Made by a program: the position numbers and the translations under genes | The notes under the pieces: model-generated | Seen by the model: only the letters and a program-made list of their open reading frames with translations | Told to the model about the DNA's origin: nothing | Database searches by the model: none | Assembly (NCBI GenBank): GCA_047404135.1 | Contig: JBDOIT010000006.1 | Span: 10,953 to 74,952 of the forward strand | Direction: 5' to 3' | Origin: Rickettsiales bacterium | Lineage (GTDB): Bacteria; Pseudomonadota; Alphaproteobacteria; Rickettsiales; JABSSG01 | Length of the DNA: 64,000 nt | Part shown: piece by piece, positions 38,219 through 49,196 of the stretch | Numbering within the stretch: the stretch's first letter is position 1 | Layout of the letters: every line of letters begins with the position of its first letter

Positions 38219-39553
38219 TTATCTCATAGTGACTAGCTCCTCAGCAGAACTAGGGTGAACACCTATAGTGTCGTCGAATTGCTTTTTTGTTGCTCCACAT
38301 TTTAGTGCAACTCCAGCAAGTTGTACTATTTCCGCAGAATCCTTACCCACAATATGCACTCCAAGTACTTTATAGTTAGATGCATCTACTAAAATCTTCA
38401 TGAATTCCCTCGATTTATTTCCACTAATTGTATTTTTCAATGGCTTAAATGAAGTCTGATATATCTTCACTTTTTTATTTTTCTTAGCTTGCTCTTCACT
38501 CAACCCCACAGATGCAAGACCTGGATTACTAAAGACCGCTGAAGGAACATTGCTATGATCTATTTTTCTTTTATTCTTTCCAAACTCAGTATCCGCAAAT
38601 GCACGCGCTTCATTTATCGCAATAGGGGTAAGTGCCTCCCCTCCATTCACATCACCCACAGCCCAGATGTTTTTGACAGATGTTCTACAATATCCATCTA
38701 CCTTTATATACTCTCTCTCATCAATCTCCACTCCTGCTGCAACCAGTCCTAATTGTTCTACATCAGGCTTCCTACCCGTTGCATACATTACTAAATCTGT
38801 TTGAATCTCGCCGCGTTTTGTCTTAATAACTTTCTGCCTTCCTGACTCTGTGATTTCGCTAATCTCTGTATCGCATTTTATTGAAATACCTTTTTTCTCT
38901 ATCTCCTCCATCAAAAAACATCTAGCATCCTCGTCAAAACCATTAAGGATTTTTTTGCCCCTAATGATCATCGTGACCTCTACACCAAGACCATTCATGA
39001 TAGAGGCAAACTCTATACCAACATATCCTCCACCCACTATCACCATCTCCTTAGGCAATTCTTTGAGGTGGAAAATATCATTTGATGTTGTCACATACTC
39101 CTTACCTTTAATATTGGGTATAAAAGGACGTCCTCCGGTTGCGATTAAAAATTTATCTGCTTGCAGTTTCTTTCCGCCAACTAGAATCTCGTTGTCACTC
39201 AAGAATCTTGCCTCTCCCCTGATGATATCCACACCAGATTCATCCAATAAGTTCTGATAAATTTCGCTAAGCCGCTCAACTTCTTTATTCTTATTTTCAA
39301 TAAGAGCACCCCAGTCAAACCCCTTTATAGCAATATCCCATCCATAGTTTTTTGCATCTTTGAAATAATCACTAAATTCCGAGGCGTAATAGAGTAATTT
39401 TTTAGGCACACAGCCCAAATTTACACATGTTCCACCTAAGTTAGATTTCTCGCATACTGCAACCTTGGAACCATAAGATGCTGCTCGCCTTGCACCCGCG
39501 ATTCCTCCTGATCCTCCTCCTATCGCTATAAGATCATATTTTTTCATTAACAC
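38219..39553 (-). CDS. gor: Glutathione-disulfide reductase
   Basis: FAD motif GGGSGGIAGARRAA, redox-active GGTCVNLGCVPKK (GR type, not the CLNVGCIPSK of lipoamide dehydrogenase), C-terminal GVHPSSAEELVTMR. Confidence 0.9.
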   Translation of the reverse strand: MLMKKYDLIAIGGGSGGIAGARRAASYGSKVAVCEKSNLGGTCVNLGCVPKKLLYYASEFSDYFKDAKNYGWDIAIKGFDWGALIENKNKEVERLSEIYQNLLDESGVDIIRGEARFLSDNEILVGGKKLQADKFLIATGGRPFIPNIKGKEYVTTSNDIFHLKELPKEMVIVGGGYVGIEFASIMNGLGVEVTMIIRGKKILNGFDEDARCFLMEEIEKKGISIKCDTEISEITESGRQKVIKTKRGEIQTDLVMYATGRKPDVEQLGLVAAGVEIDEREYIKVDGYCRTSVKNIWAVGDVNGGEALTPIAINEARAFADTEFGKNKRKIDHSNVPSAVFSNPGLASVGLSEEQAKKNKKVKIYQTSFKPLKNTISGNKSREFMKILVDASNYKVLGVHIVGKDSAEIVQLAGVALKCGATKKQFDDTIGVHPSSAEELVTMR

Positions 39554-39604
39554 ATCCTTGTTTTATCGATATGATAACAAAATATAAGTAAAAAGATATC
39601 CAAG

Positions 39605-40444
39605 ATGGACAAAGAGAATATAAAGTTAGAGCCAGGTCTATATATTGTTGCAACTCCAATCGGAAATCTTGATGACATAACATTAAGAGCTCTAAATGTT
39701 ATGAATTCCGCAGATATAATACTCTGTGAAAACACAAAAACCTCAGTGAAGCTCTTGTCTCACTATGGAGTCAAAACAAAATTATCATGCTATAATGACC
39801 ATAGCTCAGGGCACGATAGAGGAAAAATAATATCTAGGATTAACGAAGGAAAAGCAATTGCTCTGATATCAGATGCAGGAACACCTTTAATATCTGACCC
39901 AGGATACAAATTGATAAAAGAGCTATACGAAAATGCGTGTTATGTTACATCTTGCCCAGGACCTTGCGCTGCTATCAATGCGTTAGCAATGTCTGGATTC
40001 CCCTCAGATAGCTTTTCATTTGAAGGATTCCTTCCTCTGAAGCAAAAAGATAGAACAGAAAAATTCAAAAAAATCAAACAAAACCAGTATACAACTATAC
40101 TATTTGATACTGGAAACAAGGTGTCCAAAACTCTGGAAGACATTATTTCGTACTTTGGAGATATTGAAATATCGGTTCTAAGAGAGATGACAAAAAAATT
40201 TGAAGAACGGATATCGGGAAAAGCTTCAAAAATACTATCACGCCATTCAAGGATGCCTATGAAGGGAGAAATAGTAACTCTGATACCCCCTCAAATAAAT
40301 GATGATGGCATTGAAGCAGTAAAAAGAGATATAAAAATTCTGAAGAAAGATAAATCCAATTCATCAAAAGATATTACCAAGATACTTGCTTTCAAATATA
40401 AAAATACATCAAAAAAAGATATCTACGATTTAGCTTCTAAATAA
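39605..40444 (+). CDS. rsmI: 16S rRNA (cytidine1402-2'-O)-methyltransferase
   Basis: Tetrapyrrole-methylase-fold N-terminus LYIVATPIGNLDDITLRAL. 279 aa. Confidence 0.9.
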   Translation: MDKENIKLEPGLYIVATPIGNLDDITLRALNVMNSADIILCENTKTSVKLLSHYGVKTKLSCYNDHSSGHDRGKIISRINEGKAIALISDAGTPLISDPGYKLIKELYENACYVTSCPGPCAAINALAMSGFPSDSFSFEGFLPLKQKDRTEKFKKIKQNQYTTILFDTGNKVSKTLEDIISYFGDIEISVLREMTKKFEERISGKASKILSRHSRMPMKGEIVTLIPPQINDDGIEAVKRDIKILKKDKSNSSKDITKILAFKYKNTSKKDIYDLASK

Positions 40445-40450
40445 CCAAAG

Positions 40451-43400
40451 CTATCTAGAAACACGCTCTAGCGAGACCACTCCCTTGGGGAGGTTTTTTG
40501 TGGAAATTTTAGATAAATCACAAATATACACTAATGGTAATTCCATCTTTATTACTTTCCCTTCAAGTGGAATTTGAATAATTATTCTCATATTACTTCC
40601 TTTGTCTGATTTGTGCAGGAAGGATTCTAAAGCCTTTACAGCTCCCACATGGTTTATCCCTATCGAAATAGTGATACGTTGCTTCTGCAGATAAGTATCC
40701 AAACGATCGATGTTTTGAGCCGTGACCCTTTCCATTTCACCATCTTTACGCACTTCAGACTCCACCAAAAGAGGAGTTTTGCTATATATAGCCTCACGAT
40801 TCCGCTCTAATATTTGGTCATCAAATATAGTAACATCCATAATACCTGTAGGGGTTGAAAGAGACATTATTATATATCTTCCTTTTGGAGAAGATCTTGT
40901 TTTAATAACTACAGGAATACCAGCTATCCTCACTGAATGCCTTCCTATCTTTAATGAGTTGCGAATCTGGTATGCATCCAGGATACGCATTTCTTTGAAG
41001 TACTCTTTGCAAGAATCTAGAGGGTGACCTGATAGGTAAAAACCAAAAGCTGAACACTCATTATTCAATCTATCATCAAAATCCCAATCCTTAACCTCAG
41101 GCAAAGTAAAGACAGCTTTTGCCGACTCAGTAGAATCACCGAACAGATCAATCTGATTGCTGTTTTTTTCTTGTTGAGAATAATTATGAAAATCAATAAA
41201 TCTTCCTATAGATTCAAATAATTTCCTTCTATTGTTAGATAAAGAATCAAATGCCCCTGCCTTTATTAAGTACTCTAACTGTCTTTTATTTATACCTCCC
41301 GCTTCAACTCTCGTAATACAATCAAAGATATCCTTGAATTTTCCTTTTTCATTACGGTTTTTGCATACAGATTCCATTGCGGCTAGGCTCACATTCTTAA
41401 TTGCACCAAGTGCGTATTTAATGCCATTTGTCTCTTCTTCTATTGAGAATTCTGCTTCAGATGAATTCATATCTGGAGTCAGTATGTCTATCTTCAAGCC
41501 CTTTGCATCTTCAATAAATGCGCTGATTTTGTCAGTGTCATCTATCTCTGTATTAAGAATAGAAACAATCATTTCAGATGGGTAATTCGCCTTTAGATAT
41601 GCAGTATGATAAGAAATCATACCATATGCCACAGCATGGGATTTGTTGAAACCATAACCAGCAAATTTCGCAACCATATCAAAAATCTCATTTGCTTTTT
41701 TCTTATCTACTCCATTCTCAACAGCACCTTTCACAAAGATTACACGCTGAGCATCCATCTCAGCCTTAATTTTTTTACCCATCGCACGCCTTAAAAGATC
41801 CGCGCCACCAAGCGTATAGCCCGCTAGACTTCTTGCAATCTCAAGAACCTGCTCTTGGTAAATCACAACACCAAAAGTCTTACTCAATATATTCTCCAGC
41901 TTTGGATGCATATATTGCACCTCCACCTTTCCGTGCTTGCAATCTATATAACGAGGAATATTATCCATTGGTCCAGGCCTGTATAAGGCACCAAGCGCCA
42001 TAATATCTTCAATAGAGTCGGATTTTAATTTACTTAAATAATCCTTCATCCCAATACTTTCAAACTGGAATACTCCTGATGACTTACCTAGCGCAAGCAT
42101 ATCAAAAGTTTTCTGATCGCTCAGGCTAATTTCATTCAAATCAAAGTCAGGGTTTTTCTTTCGTATTAATCTCTGGCATTTATCTATTACAGTAAGTGTT
42201 TTTAGGCCCAAGAAATCAAATTTTATTAAACCTGCATTCTCAGCGTATTTCATAGAATATTGAATTACAGGCATTCCTGTTTTCGAATTTCTATATAAAG
42301 GAACAGTTTCTATGAGGTTGTCTCTGGATATCACAACACCTGCGGCGTGAGTTGAAGCATGACGATGAAGCCCTTCTAGCTTCAAAGAAATCTCAATCAA
42401 CTTTGCTATCATTTCATCTTCTTTTCTTGCATTATCTAACTCTGGCTCCATCTCTATTGCTTGAACTAGAGATACTGGATTAATTGCATTAAAAGGAATC
42501 ATTTTTGCAATCTTATCCACCTTACCGTAAGGCACCATAAGAACCCTTCCTACATCACGCAATACTGCCCTAGCCTGCAACTTACCGAAAGTAATAATAT
42601 GCGCTACCTTCTCACGACCATATTTCTCTTGAACGTATCGTATTACTTCATCCCTTCTATCCTGACAGAAATCTATATCAAGATCAGGAAGAGAGACCCT
42701 TTCCGGATTCAAGAATCTTTCAAAAAGTAATCCAAATTTTATTGGGTCAACATCCGTAATGTCTAGACCCCAACTAATAACCGAACCAGCACCTGAACCA
42801 CGACCAGGACCCACAGGAATTCCTTGGCTTTTGCTCCATCTTATAAAATCAGACACTATTAGGAAGTACCCCATAAATCCCATATTTTCTATAACACCTA
42901 ATTCATAGTCGAACCTATCCCAGTATTCCTTTTCATGGGCCACTCTTTTCTCTGTCTCCAAAGGCTCCAGCTTGTTTATAAAGTCTAATCTCTTTTGAAG
43001 ACCTTTTTTTGCGATAATCCTTAGTTCTTCTGTCTCATCTTTACCTAAGCTAACTTCATATTTCGGGAATGTTGTCTCATAATTTTCTGCTTTCACAGAG
43101 CATCTCTGTGCTATTGCAATCGTATTATCTATAGCCTCAGGAATATCTGCAAATAGCTCATACATTTGCTTTGAAGATTTTAAATAAGATTCTTGACTGA
43201 TATTTCTTTTATCTTCGCTTGTAGAATATTTACCATCCGCAATACACAAAAGAATATCATGTGCTTCATGCATGTTTTTAGACAAGAAATAAACGTCATT
43301 AGTAGCGACAAGAGGAATACTATGTTTTAGAGCTAAATCAATAAAAATACGCTCAACTTTCTCTTCTTCAGGATACCCCAGCCTAGTGATCTCCACATAT

Positions 43401-43951
43401 AAATTATCATCAAAGATGCTCTTAAGAGCTAATAGAAACTCTTCAGCTTTTTCTTGTTGACCCTGTAGTGCTAATTTCCCAAATGTTCCAGATATTCCAC
43501 CCGTTAACACTATTAGGCCTGCAGAATGTTTTTTAATCTGCTCTAACGTTAGAATTCTATTATCTGATTCATAATTCAAACTAGATAATATCAGAAGGTT
43601 TTGATAACCTTCTTGATTCTTCGCAATCACTAATAGTTTATCCAGAACAAGATCCTTACTGCCCCCTAGATTAGATTTAAGATTGATTTGAGGGTCAACA
43701 TTAAAATCGCAACCAATAATAGGTTGTATACCCTCAGAAGAGGCAGCGGTCGAATATTCTAATGCAGCAAAAAGATTTCCCTTGTCAGTAAGTGCCAATG
43801 CTGGCATTTCTTCTTGAGATATTTTGGAGATAAGGCCAGGAATTTTAATTGTGCTTTCTAGCAAAGAGTAAGAGCTATAAGTCCTCAGGTGAATAAACTT
43901 TTGCATCTTATCATTCATCCTGCAAACCAATAACCTTTGTTTCAAAAGCAT
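40451..43951 (-). CDS. dnaE: DNA polymerase III alpha subunit
   Basis: PHP domain FIHLRTYSSYSLLES, palm/fingers (GLIKFDFLGLKTL), OB fold at the C-terminus. The true start is probably a downstream Met (MNDKMQKF...) rather than 43951. Confidence 0.95.
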   Translation of the reverse strand: MLLKQRLLVCRMNDKMQKFIHLRTYSSYSLLESTIKIPGLISKISQEEMPALALTDKGNLFAALEYSTAASSEGIQPIIGCDFNVDPQINLKSNLGGSKDLVLDKLLVIAKNQEGYQNLLILSSLNYESDNRILTLEQIKKHSAGLIVLTGGISGTFGKLALQGQQEKAEEFLLALKSIFDDNLYVEITRLGYPEEEKVERIFIDLALKHSIPLVATNDVYFLSKNMHEAHDILLCIADGKYSTSEDKRNISQESYLKSSKQMYELFADIPEAIDNTIAIAQRCSVKAENYETTFPKYEVSLGKDETEELRIIAKKGLQKRLDFINKLEPLETEKRVAHEKEYWDRFDYELGVIENMGFMGYFLIVSDFIRWSKSQGIPVGPGRGSGAGSVISWGLDITDVDPIKFGLLFERFLNPERVSLPDLDIDFCQDRRDEVIRYVQEKYGREKVAHIITFGKLQARAVLRDVGRVLMVPYGKVDKIAKMIPFNAINPVSLVQAIEMEPELDNARKEDEMIAKLIEISLKLEGLHRHASTHAAGVVISRDNLIETVPLYRNSKTGMPVIQYSMKYAENAGLIKFDFLGLKTLTVIDKCQRLIRKKNPDFDLNEISLSDQKTFDMLALGKSSGVFQFESIGMKDYLSKLKSDSIEDIMALGALYRPGPMDNIPRYIDCKHGKVEVQYMHPKLENILSKTFGVVIYQEQVLEIARSLAGYTLGGADLLRRAMGKKIKAEMDAQRVIFVKGAVENGVDKKKANEIFDMVAKFAGYGFNKSHAVAYGMISYHTAYLKANYPSEMIVSILNTEIDDTDKISAFIEDAKGLKIDILTPDMNSSEAEFSIEEETNGIKYALGAIKNVSLAAMESVCKNRNEKGKFKDIFDCITRVEAGGINKRQLEYLIKAGAFDSLSNNRRKLFESIGRFIDFHNYSQQEKNSNQIDLFGDSTESAKAVFTLPEVKDWDFDDRLNNECSAFGFYLSGHPLDSCKEYFKEMRILDAYQIRNSLKIGRHSVRIAGIPVVIKTRSSPKGRYIIMSLSTPTGIMDVTIFDDQILERNREAIYSKTPLLVESEVRKDGEMERVTAQNIDRLDTYLQKQRITISIGINHVGAVKALESFLHKSDKGSNMRIIIQIPLEGKVIKMELPLVYICDLSKISTKNLPKGVVSLERVSR

Positions 43952-44192
43952 CTTCCTTAAGTTTTTTAATACCTAGCAATTTATTCGATCGCATATCTAT
44001 AATACCTAATCCCCTTATAGGAAACATTGCCTTCCTAACTTTTATATACATACTAATAACTCTTTATAATTCAGTTATGTAGTATATAATAGAAAAATCA
44101 TCTAGTTTTTGTAATAAGTATTTTGCACTATTATAGAAACCCACATAATATAACTATATATAACTACCCTATACTATAGAAATTTTCAAGAA

Positions 44193-47100
44193 ATGAAACC
44201 TACTGCTGCTAAAATCAATAAATCCATAAAACCTCTACTTTGGTTCTTCAATAAATCCATAAAAAGCATTGCAATTCTTCTAGGTATACTTCTTGTGACC
44301 TTCACCTTTATCTTTGCACTCTCTTTTTCTGTGTTTTTCTATTGGATATCAGACCATTCTATAAAGCATATCGGCTCTTCTTCCTCAAGAATCATTGAAT
44401 ATGCACTCAACTTCTCTAATAGCAACCTCATTGGTTTAGAAAACACCACGCTAAAATACTCAAGAGAAAAAGACCTGATAGTATCTACGCAAATTAGAAT
44501 AAACAAAAAAACTTCCAAAGAAGAAATCGCAATAATTGATTCGCTGGATATTTCGATTGGCATGAAAGACCTATTTCGAAATAAATCTATGCCGGTTTCT
44601 ATAAATATGAAGAATTCAAAAATTGAGTTAGATAAATTCAACAATGCTCCGTTGCAAGAATTAAACACGCCCACATCAAAACAAAGAAACCTTCTCGACT
44701 ATTTGAAAAAATATTCAATCATCTTTTTACCACAGAAGGTTTTCTTCGTAGATAACATCTCTTCAGATAACCTAGAACTACACTATAGAAAACAAGTTTA
44801 TCACATAGGCACTCACACAGTCAGAGATAAGGACGCTCTCTCCTTTTATACAAAAATCAAGAATAATGGAAAGGACTCTAACATCAGAACCAATATAAAA
44901 AATGATCAAAATACAATAAAGGCACATACAAGAGCTCAACATATACCGTCCACAATATTAAGCTCGATGTTTCCACATAATTCGTTTTTAAACAGCCCAT
45001 CCTTGGAGAAAGTGGGCATAGATGGTGATATAAACTATTCCTTTGATAAGAATCGTTCACGTAACTCAATTGAGATTTCTTTAAAGGATCATAATGATGG
45101 AAATCTATTGAAAATAGAAGCTAACAACCGCAAAAAAGAAAACCAACTTCATCTCAAAGATATTCATATATTTTCTGGAGACAGCACAATCCAAGCAACT
45201 GGTTATGCAGATCTCTCAAATGGATTCCAACTATCTAAGATTAATTTAGCTGCAAAGAAACTCCACTTTGAGCAACTCTTATCCTACTGGCCAAAAAATT
45301 CTCTCTCTGGCATTAAGAGCTGGATCAAAGAAAGTTTGTCCGATGGAGAGTTCGATGCTCAGATTAATTTTGATTCACAGAATATCTCCTCAAACCAAAA
45401 TATTGTAGATGTTAGCTTCAGAGGTGTATCCTTAAAATACACAGACAAGTTCTCTCCTGTCACAAACCTAGGTGGTATAATAAAAATTTATAATAATAAA
45501 ATCGATATCCATGTAAAAGAAGGGAATCTGCTTTCCTCAAAAATATATCAAACTACTGCTAACATCGATTTATCTCACAAAAATACCCCTCTCAAAATAA
45601 AGGTAAAATCCATTGGTTCTATAAAAGATTACATACAATTCCTTGGGCAAGAAAAAGTAGATCAGCTCAAAAATAGATCATTTGATACAGAGAATATATC
45701 TGGAACCATAGATTCTAATATCGAAATCCTTATACCTCTATCTTCCTTAGATATTTCTAAAGATATGCAAATCACTGCAAATGCAAAAATTCAGAATACT
45801 GAAGCCTCCATAATGAAAAATATCACATTAGAGAATGGATGGTTTGATCTTTCATTAGATAACAACAAACTCAGGATCCTAGGGAATGCAAATGTAAATA
45901 AATATGATTGCAAAATAGAATTACTCGGAAATTTAGATTCAAATGAAGCCGTTCAAACTCAAGTACACTTCAAAACATCCATAAAAGACTCAAAGAAATT
46001 CGCTGATCATTTTAACAAAAGGGTACATCTTACGGAAGGAGAACCGACCGTTGATATAACATATATTAGCTCTGATGACATGGAGAAAATATCTGCACAA
46101 ATCGATATAAATGAAGCAAAATTATCATTACCCGATATAGGCTTAGTCAAAGAAAGGGGAGACCAGGCACATGTAGAATTCAAGATAGTCAGGTCAAAAA
46201 ATTCTTACTGGAAAACAGAGTCCTTCTTGCTAACCTCTCCAAAAATAGATGCTAAATCTTATATGGAAATCTCTACAGATTTTGATAAAATTCTAAATAT
46301 GGAAACCGATGTAAGCTATCATGGGAACTCCTTTAAAATAAAATATATTCTAGAAGAGGATCAAAGGGTTATAAAAGTCCATGGATCTAAAATAGATCTA
46401 AGGCATGCCAATATTCTAGATCTAGCGAACATTAGTAAATATAGCCCTGAGGAGAACTCATCCTTTTCAATACAAGCTGACAAGCTACTGATGAAAAACG
46501 ACATTACGTTCCACAACATAGTTGGAAATCTTGAATGCAAATCTCATCATTGTAATAATAGTGGGTTCTCTATGAAGATAAATGCAAAAGACTCACTAAA
46601 TTTATCTTTAGATCCAGATGACAACAAAAGATGGACTTTTAATACTAACAACGCGGCGGGGCTTTTGAAAGGCCTTGGTATATATAATGATATAGAAGGA
46701 GGGACATTAGAAGGAACAATGCACTTTGTAGATAATTCTGCCATAGAGGAATCTAGAGTACTCGTTGGAGAGCTTAGTATGAAAGAATTTAAGGCAGTCA
46801 AAACTCCTACAATAGCAAAGCTCTTCTTACTTTCTCCATTCAGTGTAATTAAAAAATCTTTTTCAAAATCTCCTCTGATACCATTTAACACAATGAAAGC
46901 ATCCTTCCTATATACAAACGACAAACTACAGCTAAACCGCTCATACGCTATAGGTAATTCAATGTCCGTTACACTAGAGGGATCTATTGATAACAAAGAA
47001 GATAACATAAACTTACACGGCAAAATCATTCCAAAATCAAAATTCAATTCTTTCTTAGCGAGATTTAAAGGAAAAAAAGCCTCAGAAGAAGAAAAAGAAG

Positions 47101-47219
47101 GACCTTTCGGCAATCACTTTATGGTTGAAGGGAATGTGAGCAAACCTTCTGTCAAAATCAACCCTCTAAGCGCCTTAGTATCCTTTGTAATCCGCTTAAA
47201 CCCACTTTGGTTAATTTAA
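44193..47219 (+). CDS. Large N-terminally anchored envelope protein, AsmA/YhdP-like (DUF3971-type). Tentative.
   Basis: 1,008 aa. Single N-terminal TM (IAILLGILLVTFTFIFALSFSVFFYWI), long beta-rich body, C-terminal ...FMVEGNVSKPSVKINPLSAL resembling the AsmA/YhdP C-terminal motif. Confidence 0.5.
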   Translation: MKPTAAKINKSIKPLLWFFNKSIKSIAILLGILLVTFTFIFALSFSVFFYWISDHSIKHIGSSSSRIIEYALNFSNSNLIGLENTTLKYSREKDLIVSTQIRINKKTSKEEIAIIDSLDISIGMKDLFRNKSMPVSINMKNSKIELDKFNNAPLQELNTPTSKQRNLLDYLKKYSIIFLPQKVFFVDNISSDNLELHYRKQVYHIGTHTVRDKDALSFYTKIKNNGKDSNIRTNIKNDQNTIKAHTRAQHIPSTILSSMFPHNSFLNSPSLEKVGIDGDINYSFDKNRSRNSIEISLKDHNDGNLLKIEANNRKKENQLHLKDIHIFSGDSTIQATGYADLSNGFQLSKINLAAKKLHFEQLLSYWPKNSLSGIKSWIKESLSDGEFDAQINFDSQNISSNQNIVDVSFRGVSLKYTDKFSPVTNLGGIIKIYNNKIDIHVKEGNLLSSKIYQTTANIDLSHKNTPLKIKVKSIGSIKDYIQFLGQEKVDQLKNRSFDTENISGTIDSNIEILIPLSSLDISKDMQITANAKIQNTEASIMKNITLENGWFDLSLDNNKLRILGNANVNKYDCKIELLGNLDSNEAVQTQVHFKTSIKDSKKFADHFNKRVHLTEGEPTVDITYISSDDMEKISAQIDINEAKLSLPDIGLVKERGDQAHVEFKIVRSKNSYWKTESFLLTSPKIDAKSYMEISTDFDKILNMETDVSYHGNSFKIKYILEEDQRVIKVHGSKIDLRHANILDLANISKYSPEENSSFSIQADKLLMKNDITFHNIVGNLECKSHHCNNSGFSMKINAKDSLNLSLDPDDNKRWTFNTNNAAGLLKGLGIYNDIEGGTLEGTMHFVDNSAIEESRVLVGELSMKEFKAVKTPTIAKLFLLSPFSVIKKSFSKSPLIPFNTMKASFLYTNDKLQLNRSYAIGNSMSVTLEGSIDNKEDNINLHGKIIPKSKFNSFLARFKGKKASEEEKEGPFGNHFMVEGNVSKPSVKINPLSALVSFVIRLNPLWLI

Positions 47220-47339
47220 CTACAAATATTAGCTTATATTCCTTTTTGGAGAATCTTTAGATATTTACAGCATCATCGGCGTAATAGCCATCACCTACTC
47301 TACTAGTATTGCCATACATATACTCAGAAAAATAAAGAC

Positions 47340-47416
<77 letters not shown>

Positions 47417-47436
47417 AGTAATAAATTTGCTGAATG

Positions 47437-47465
47437 ATAATTAAACTTTTACCACCTAATGTCAA
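47437..47465 (-). promoter_or_regulatory. Sigma70-type promoter for tRNA-Ile
   Basis: On the minus strand: TTGACA (47465-47460), 17-nt spacer, AATTAT (47442-47437), about 20 nt upstream of the tRNA 5' end. Confidence 0.45.
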
Positions 47466-47536
47466 GCAAAACAATTCCCTTGATTCATAAATAGATATAA
47501 CTTACAGTCTCCCAGACAGTAAACAATGTAGCGCAA

Positions 47537-48472
47537 ATGAAAAAAGACTTAAATATATTGCTAGTATCACCCAGAGGTTTCTGCGCAGGTGTAGAGCGCG
47601 CGATATTAACAGTCGAGAAAGCATTAGAAAAATTTGGTCCCCCGATCTACGTACGACATGAAATTGTACATAACAAACATGTTGTAGAGGAGTTATCAAA
47701 AAAAGGAGTAGTGTTTGTAAATGAAGTTCATGAGATCCCAGAGGGCGCTAGAACGATATTCAGCGCTCACGGAGTCTCTGATAAAGTAGAAGAAGATGCG
47801 AGAGCACGCAATCTCCCAGTTATTGATGCAACCTGCCCACTTGTAACCAAGGTACATTTATCTGCAAGAAAACATGAAAAAGAAAACAGGCAGATTATCA
47901 TGATAGGACATCAAGGTCATGCAGAGGTAGAAGGTACCACAGGCAAGGTAAGGCAAGATGTACAAGTTATCTGCTCAAAAAAAGAAGTATGGGAATTAAA
48001 AATTAAAGACCATAAAAATTTAGCCTATGTCACTCAAACCACATTAAGTGTTGATGATACGAATGATATAATAAAAGAACTCAAAAAAAGATCACCCAAT
48101 ATAGAAGGTCCAAAGACACAAGATATTTGCTACGCCACTCAAAACAGACAAGGTGCCGTCAAAACCTTGGCAAAACAAGTAGGATTAATTTTAGTTGTAG
48201 GGTCTCAAAACAGCTCTAATTCAAAAAGACTAAAGCAGCTGTCAAGAGACCTAGGTACGAATTCTTATTTAATTGGTAACGCAAACCAAATTGATTTATC
48301 CTGGTTTGAACATATTGAATCAGTTGGAATAACAGCTGGTGCATCAGCTCCAGAATCCTTAGTACAAGAAGTTGTGATAAAACTAGGAAAGTATTTCAAT
48401 ACCACCACAAAAGAAGTTCTGAGCAAAGAAGAAAATGTGCATTTCAGAATCCCTTCAGAACTAAGAGCTTGA
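47537..48472 (+). CDS. ispH: 4-hydroxy-3-methylbut-2-enyl diphosphate reductase (MEP pathway)
   Basis: PRGFCAGVERAI, HEIVHN, DATCPLVTKVH (Fe-S Cys ligands). 311 aa. Confidence 0.93.
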   Translation: MKKDLNILLVSPRGFCAGVERAILTVEKALEKFGPPIYVRHEIVHNKHVVEELSKKGVVFVNEVHEIPEGARTIFSAHGVSDKVEEDARARNLPVIDATCPLVTKVHLSARKHEKENRQIIMIGHQGHAEVEGTTGKVRQDVQVICSKKEVWELKIKDHKNLAYVTQTTLSVDDTNDIIKELKKRSPNIEGPKTQDICYATQNRQGAVKTLAKQVGLILVVGSQNSSNSKRLKQLSRDLGTNSYLIGNANQIDLSWFEHIESVGITAGASAPESLVQEVVIKLGKYFNTTTKEVLSKEENVHFRIPSELRA

Positions 48473-49192
48473 GGAAGCCAGAGAGTAGATATCTTCTATT
48501 TTTATAGCAAGGGGTATTCTAGTCTTCACATATATCTTTTTAAATCCTTTAGGCAAAGATATTTGATCTCCTAGTTCAACAAACTTTTCTTCGATAATAC
48601 TTTTAGAATGATCTAAGAAAGTCACCATAGTAGAATCCATAACAGACACACGAATAGAACCCGATTCTTGGTTGATGTTTTTTACTTCAAATTCAGAATC
48701 GCTCAATTTCGTAATTGAGCTTCTCTCAATAACTTTATTTGAATGTATTTTTATATTTTTCTTAGGGTTAGAAGGCGTTTCTTCTGCTAATCTCGGTGAC
48801 ACGTCACTATTCTTTACATAAGACGGTTTATTCAGAAAAAGAAAAGTAGAGATAATCAACGCAATAGTGGCAGAAGCAACTAAAAAGATTATCTTCTTAT
48901 TAAATGTGAGTGAATTTTTATGCTTAGAATCTCCACCTACCTCTTCTACTGAATCCTCTACAATCTCAGATACACCCGTCTTCAGCTCCATAATCAACGA
49001 CTCTATATTAACGCGCAGATATTGAGAATAGAGCCTTAGATATCCTATTGTAAAAACATCATTACTGAGGATTTTATCATTTTCTATCTTTTCTAAATAC
49101 TCCTCACGGACCTTAATTTTATCAGAGGCTTGACTCAGAGTCAGCCTTCTTTTTTCTCTTGTGCTTTTTAATATCTCGCCAATTTTATTCAT
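48461..49192 (-). CDS. RodZ-like helix-turn-helix membrane protein
   Basis: N-terminal XRE-type HTH (IGEILKSTREKRRLTLSQASDKIKVREEYLEKIE), central TM (IIFLVASATIALIISTFLFL), C-terminal beta domain. 12-nt convergent overlap with ispH. Confidence 0.7.
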   Translation of the reverse strand: MNKIGEILKSTREKRRLTLSQASDKIKVREEYLEKIENDKILSNDVFTIGYLRLYSQYLRVNIESLIMELKTGVSEIVEDSVEEVGGDSKHKNSLTFNKKIIFLVASATIALIISTFLFLNKPSYVKNSDVSPRLAEETPSNPKKNIKIHSNKVIERSSITKLSDSEFEVKNINQESGSIRVSVMDSTMVTFLDHSKSIIEEKFVELGDQISLPKGFKKIYVKTRIPLAIKIEDIYSLASSSS

Positions 49193-49196
49193 AATA

